Shown here piece by piece: positions 60,801 to 64,000 of a stretch of 64,000 nt of DNA. A program made the position numbers and the translations under genes. The DNA comes from Escherichia phage vB_EcoM_FT, in the sequence record MT682710.1; one strand, given 5' to 3'. Positions within the stretch are counted from its first letter, which is position 1; each line of letters starts with the position of its first letter. The notes under the pieces were generated by a model that saw only the letters and a list, made by a program, of their open reading frames with translations, was not told the origin of the DNA and ran no database searches.

Positions 60801-61676
60801 TCTCAGCGTAATAAAGCTGGAAATATAACATTTAATATCAACGGTACAGTAACACCGATAAATGTTAATGCTTCAGGAACATTGAATGCAAATGGTGTAG
60901 CAACATTTGGTAATTCAGTCACTGCAACTGGTGAAATTATTTCTCGAAGCGCAAATGCTTTCCGTGCTATTAACGGAAATTATGGTTTCATTGTTCGCAA
61001 TGATGGATCAGTAACGAATTTTATGCTTACTGCATCGGGTGATCAGACTGGTGGATTTAATGGATTACGTCCAGTATCAATTAATAATCAATCTGGTCAG
61101 GTTACAATTGGTGAAAGCTTAATCATTGCAAAAGGTGCTACTATAAGTTCAGGCGGTTTAACTGTTAACTCGAGAATTCGTTCTCAAGGTACTAAAACTT
61201 CTGATTTATACACTCGCGCACCAACATCTGATACAGTAGGATTCTGGTCAATTGATATTAATGATTCAGCCACTTATAATCAATTCCCTGGTTATTTTAA
61301 AATGGTTGAAAAAACTAATGAAGTGACTGGTCTTCCATATTTAGAACGTGGCGAAGAAGTTAAATCTCCTGGTACATTGACTCAGTTTGGTAACACGCTT
61401 GATTCTCTTTACCAAGATTGGATTACTTATCCAACAACTCCAGAAGCGCGTACCACTCGTTGGACGCGTACATGGCAGAAAACCAAAAACTCTTGGTCAA
61501 GTTTTGTTCAGGTATTTGACGGAGGTAACCCTCCTCAACCTTCAGATATAGGAGCAATCCCATCTGATAATGGAATAATAGGTAATCTTACTATTCGCGA
61601 TTTCTTGCGAATTGGTAATGTTCGCATTATTCCTGACCCAGTGAATAAAACTGTTAAATTTGAATGGATTGAATAA
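57807..61676 (+). CDS. 34: long tail fibre proximal subunit gp34
   Basis: 1289 aa, T4 gp34 length; internal repeated TPKKL...TATETRRG...IAT motifs. Confidence 0.95.
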   Translation: MAEIKRKFRAEDGLDAGGDKIINVALADRTVGTDGVNVDYLIQENTVQQYDPTRGYLKDFVIIYNNRFWAATDNIPKPAGNFNRIRWKALRTDAVYTTVSSGPYQLKSGEAISVDTSVGNDIEFTLPPSPLDGETVIIQDIGGKPGINQVKINSSNQSIVNFRGEQVRSVLMTHPKSQMIFIFNNRLWQMYVADYSREAAIVTPSTAYQAQSNDFIVRRFTSAAPINIKLPRFANHGDIINFVDLDKLNPLYHTIVTTYDETTSVQEVGTHSIEGRTSIDGFLMFDDNEKLWRLFDGDSKARLRIITTNSNIRPNEEVMVFGANNGTTQTIELQLPTDISVGDTVKISMNYMRKGQTVKIKAAGEDKIASSVQLLQFPKRSEYPPETKWVTVQELVFNGETNYVPVLQLAYIEDSDGKYWVVQQNVPTVERVDSLNNSTRARLGVIALATQAQANADLENSPQKELAITPETLANRTATETRRGIARIATTAQVNQDTAFSFADDLIITPKKLNERTATETRRGVAEIATQQETNTGTDDTTIITPKKLQARQGSESLSGIVTFVSTAGATPASSRELNGTNVYNKNTNNLVVSPKALDQYKATPTQQGAVILAVESEVIAGQSQEGWANAVVTPETLHKKTSTDGRIGLIEIATQSEVNTGTDYTRAVTPKTLNDRKATEGLSGIAEIATQVEFDAGVDDTRISTPLKIKTRFNSTDRTSVVALSGLVESGTLWDHYTLNILEANETQRGTLRVATQVEAAAGTLDNVLITPKKLLGTKSTEAQEGVIKVATRSETVAGTSANTAVSPKNLKWIVQSEPTWAATTAIRGFVKTSSGSLTFVGNDTVGSTQPLESYEKNDYAVSPYELNRVLANYLPLKAKAVDSNLLDGLDSLQFIRRDIAQTVNGSLTLTQQTNLSAPLVSSSTATFGGSVSANSTLTISNTGTATRLIFEKGSQTGTNPAQTMTVRVWGNQFSGESDTTRSTVFEVSDETSSHFYSQRNKAGNITFNINGTVTPINVNASGTLNANGVATFGNSVTATGEIISRSANAFRAINGNYGFIVRNDGSVTNFMLTASGDQTGGFNGLRPVSINNQSGQVTIGESLIIAKGATISSGGLTVNSRIRSQGTKTSDLYTRAPTSDTVGFWSIDINDSATYNQFPGYFKMVEKTNEVTGLPYLERGEEVKSPGTLTQFGNTLDSLYQDWITYPTTPEARTTRWTRTWQKTKNSWSSFVQVFDGGNPPQPSDIGAIPSDNGIIGNLTIRDFLRIGNVRIIPDPVNKTVKFEWIE

Positions 61677-61684
61677 GAGGTATT

Positions 61685-62800
61685 ATGGAAAAATTTATGG
61701 CAGAGTTTGGACAAGGATATGTTCAAACGCCATTTTTATCGGAAAGCAATTCAGTAAGATATAAAATAAGTATAGCGGGTTCTTGCCCGCTTTCTACAGC
61801 AGGACCATATGTTAAATTTCAAGATAATCCTGTAGGAAGTCAAACATTTAGCGCAGGTCTTCATTTAAAAGTTTTTGACCCTTCTACAGGAGCATTAGTT
61901 GACAGTAAATCATATGCTTTTTCTACTTCAAATAATACTACATCAGCTGCTTTTGTTAGTTTCATGAATTCTTTGTCAAACAATAGACTTGTTGCTATAT
62001 TAACTAGCGGAAAGGTTAATTTTCCTCCTGAAGTGGTATCTTGGTTAAGGGGAGCAGGAACTTCAGTTTTTCCATCAGATTCAGTATTGTCAAGATTTGA
62101 CGTATCATATGCTGCTTTTTATACTTCTTCTAAAAGAGCTATTGCATTAGAGCATGTTAAACTAAGTAATAGAAAAAGCACAGATGATTATCAAACTATT
62201 TTAGATGTTGTATTTGATAGTTTAGAAGACGTCGGAGCGACAGGATTTCCAAAAAGAACTTATGAAAGTGTAGAGCAATTCATGTCAGCAGTTGGTGGAA
62301 CTAATAACGAAATTGCGCGATTGCCAACTTCAGCTGCTATAAGTAAACTTTCTGACTATAATTTAATTCCTGGTGATGTTCTTTATCTTAAAGCACAGTT
62401 ATATGCTGATGCTGATTTACTTGATCTTGGAACTACAAACATATCCATTCGTTTTTATGATGCATCAAATGGATATATTTCCTCTACCCAAGCTGAGTTT
62501 ACTGGGCAAGCTGGGTCTTGGGAATTAAAGGAAGATTATGTAGTTGTTCCTGAAAATGCAATCGGATTTACTATATATGCACAGAGAACTGCTCAAGCTG
62601 GTCAAGGCGGAATGAGGAATTTAAGCTTTTCTGAAGTATCAAGAAATGGCGGCATTTCAAAACCTGCCGAATTTGGCGTCAACGGTATTCGCGTTAATTA
62701 TGTCTGTGAATCGGCTTCACCTCCAGATATAATGGTACTTCCTACACAAGCCTCTTCTAAAACTGGCAAAGTGTTTGGGCAAGAATTTAGAGAAGTTTAA
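61685..62800 (+). CDS. 35: long tail fibre hinge protein gp35
   Basis: 371 aa; AAGAGG RBS. Confidence 0.9.
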   Translation: MEKFMAEFGQGYVQTPFLSESNSVRYKISIAGSCPLSTAGPYVKFQDNPVGSQTFSAGLHLKVFDPSTGALVDSKSYAFSTSNNTTSAAFVSFMNSLSNNRLVAILTSGKVNFPPEVVSWLRGAGTSVFPSDSVLSRFDVSYAAFYTSSKRAIALEHVKLSNRKSTDDYQTILDVVFDSLEDVGATGFPKRTYESVEQFMSAVGGTNNEIARLPTSAAISKLSDYNLIPGDVLYLKAQLYADADLLDLGTTNISIRFYDASNGYISSTQAEFTGQAGSWELKEDYVVVPENAIGFTIYAQRTAQAGQGGMRNLSFSEVSRNGGISKPAEFGVNGIRVNYVCESASPPDIMVLPTQASSKTGKVFGQEFREV

Positions 62801-62805
62801 ACTAA

Positions 62806-62828
62806 GGGAGCCTTTGGGTTCCCTTTTT
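62806..62828 (+). terminator. terminator after gene 35
   Basis: GGGAGCC-UUUG-GGUUCCC (one G-U pair) followed by UUUUUCUUU; gene 36 late promoter follows. Confidence 0.7.
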
Positions 62829-62831
62829 CTT

Positions 62832-62839
62832 TATAAATA
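62832..62839 (+). promoter_or_regulatory. late promoter for gene 36
   Basis: Exact TATAAATA ~23 nt upstream of the gene 36 ATG. Confidence 0.7.
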
Positions 62840-62862
62840 ATATTAAAATAAAGGGGCATATA

Positions 62863-63513
62863 ATGGCTGATTTAAAAGTAGGTTCAACTGTTGGTGGATC
62901 TGTCATTTGGCATCAAGGAAATTTTCCATTGAATTCAGCCGGTGACGATGTACTCTACAAATCATTTAAAATATATTCAGAATATAATAAACCGCAGGCA
63001 GCTGATAACGATTTCGTTTCTAAAGCTAATGGTGGTACTTACACCGGTCCAATTACTATTAATTATGGGGTAAATAGTTATCTTCAATTAAGTAATAATG
63101 AAACCCCTATCCGAATTCGTTCTGGTGGCGGCACCGGTAATACTCTTATAGTTGGTGGCTCTTCTGGCGGTATTAGTTTTAGACCAGCAGGTAGTGAAAT
63201 CACTACTGGACAAATTACTATTACGCCAGAAGGTTTGACAACATTTACCAAAGCTGTAACGGCTCCATCTGTAACTGTCACATCTACTCCTTCCGCAGCA
63301 TCTGATGCTACTCGTAAAGATTATGTTGATGGAGCAATAAATACTGTTACAGCAAATGCAAACTCTAGGGTATTACGCTCTGGAGACACTATGACAGGAA
63401 ATTTAACTGCGCCAAACCTTTTTTCACAGAATCCTGCATCTCAACCTTCACACGTTCCACGATTTGACCAAATCGTGATTAAGGATTCTGTTCAAGATTT
63501 CGGCTATTATTAA
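62863..63513 (+). CDS. 36: long tail fibre distal connector gp36
   Basis: 216 aa; late promoter and RBS upstream. Confidence 0.9.
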   Translation: MADLKVGSTVGGSVIWHQGNFPLNSAGDDVLYKSFKIYSEYNKPQAADNDFVSKANGGTYTGPITINYGVNSYLQLSNNETPIRIRSGGGTGNTLIVGGSSGGISFRPAGSEITTGQITITPEGLTTFTKAVTAPSVTVTSTPSAASDATRKDYVDGAINTVTANANSRVLRSGDTMTGNLTAPNLFSQNPASQPSHVPRFDQIVIKDSVQDFGYY

Positions 63514-63521
63514 GAGGACTT

Positions 63522-64000
63522 ATGGCTACTTTAAAACAAATACAATTTAAAAGAAGTAAAACTGCAGGTCAACGTCCTGCCGCTTCAGTATTAGCCGAAG
63601 GTGAATTGGCTATTAATTTAAAAGATAAAACAATTTTCACAAAAGATGACTCGGGCAGTGTTATAGAATTAGGTTTAAAATATGGAGGAACAATTGATGG
63701 TTCTTTAACTGTTAATGGAAATATAACTGGAACTTTAATTGGAAATTCTAGCACAGCTACTAAATTGCAAACACCTAGGAAAATTAATGGTATATCCTTT
63801 GACGGGTCAAAGGATATCACGCTAACTCCATCTGACATAAATGTCAATAGCACAACGTTTATAAAAAATAACGGCGAATTACCTGTTGATGCTAATTTAG
63901 ATGAATACGGGCCCGTTGAAGAATATCTTGGCGTTTGGTCGAAATCTACTTCAACAAATGCGCAACCGGCAAATAAATTCCCAGAAGAAAATGCCGTAGG
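63522..64000 (+). CDS. 37: long tail fibre distal subunit gp37, 5' part only (runs off window)
   Basis: ATG at 63522 with GAGG RBS; [35 protein letters not shown]...; no stop before window end. Confidence 0.85.
   Translation, partial: MATLKQIQFKRSKTAGQRPAASVLAEGELAINLKDKTIFTKDDSGSVIELGLKYGGTIDGSLTVNGNITGTLIGNSSTATKLQTPRKINGISFDGSKDITLTPSDINVNSTTFIKNNGELPVDANLDEYGPVEEYLGVWSKSTSTNAQPANKFPEENAV

Overview
This window is a contiguous 64-kb segment of a T4-like (Tevenvirinae) myovirus genome. Protein lengths and many sequences match what I recall for phage T4, but the identification is from memory and reading only; no search was run. Gene order: 3' end of wac (fibritin), neck 13/14, 15, terminase 16/17, tail sheath 18, tail tube 19, portal 20, prohead core 67/68/21/22, major capsid 23, a minus-strand GIY-YIG homing endonuclease (SegD-like), vertex 24, rnlB, hoc, inh, uvsW, uvsY, baseplate genes 25/26/51/27/28/29/48/54. 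A long minus-strand early/middle block follows: two tandem Alt ADP-ribosyltransferase paralogs, DNA ligase 30, nine small 30.x-type ORFs, rIII, 31, cd, pseT, a spanin-like pair, alc, rnlA, denA, nrdB, nrdA, td, frd, 32, 59, 33, dsbA, rnh. The window ends with long-tail-fibre genes 34, 35, 36 and the 5' part of 37. No tRNA, rRNA, CRISPR array or integrase was seen. Regulatory architecture is readable: TATAAATA late promoters, GTTTAC-N18-TAnnAT early promoters, MotA-box middle promoters, tetraloop terminator hairpins and the gene 32 translational operator. Points worth a second look: tandem Alt paralogs near a NADAR/YbiA-like ORF and a HAD-like hydrolase; a 288-bp tandem duplication adding a fourth Ig-like domain to Hoc; two near-identical 53-bp early-promoter elements 15.8 kb apart with an RBS-sequestering inverted repeat; a 68-aa ORF wedged between frd and td; intron-free td and nrdB; and several sub-threshold small ORFs. 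I did not find a clearly novel multi-gene system; the ADP-ribosylation cluster is the best candidate.
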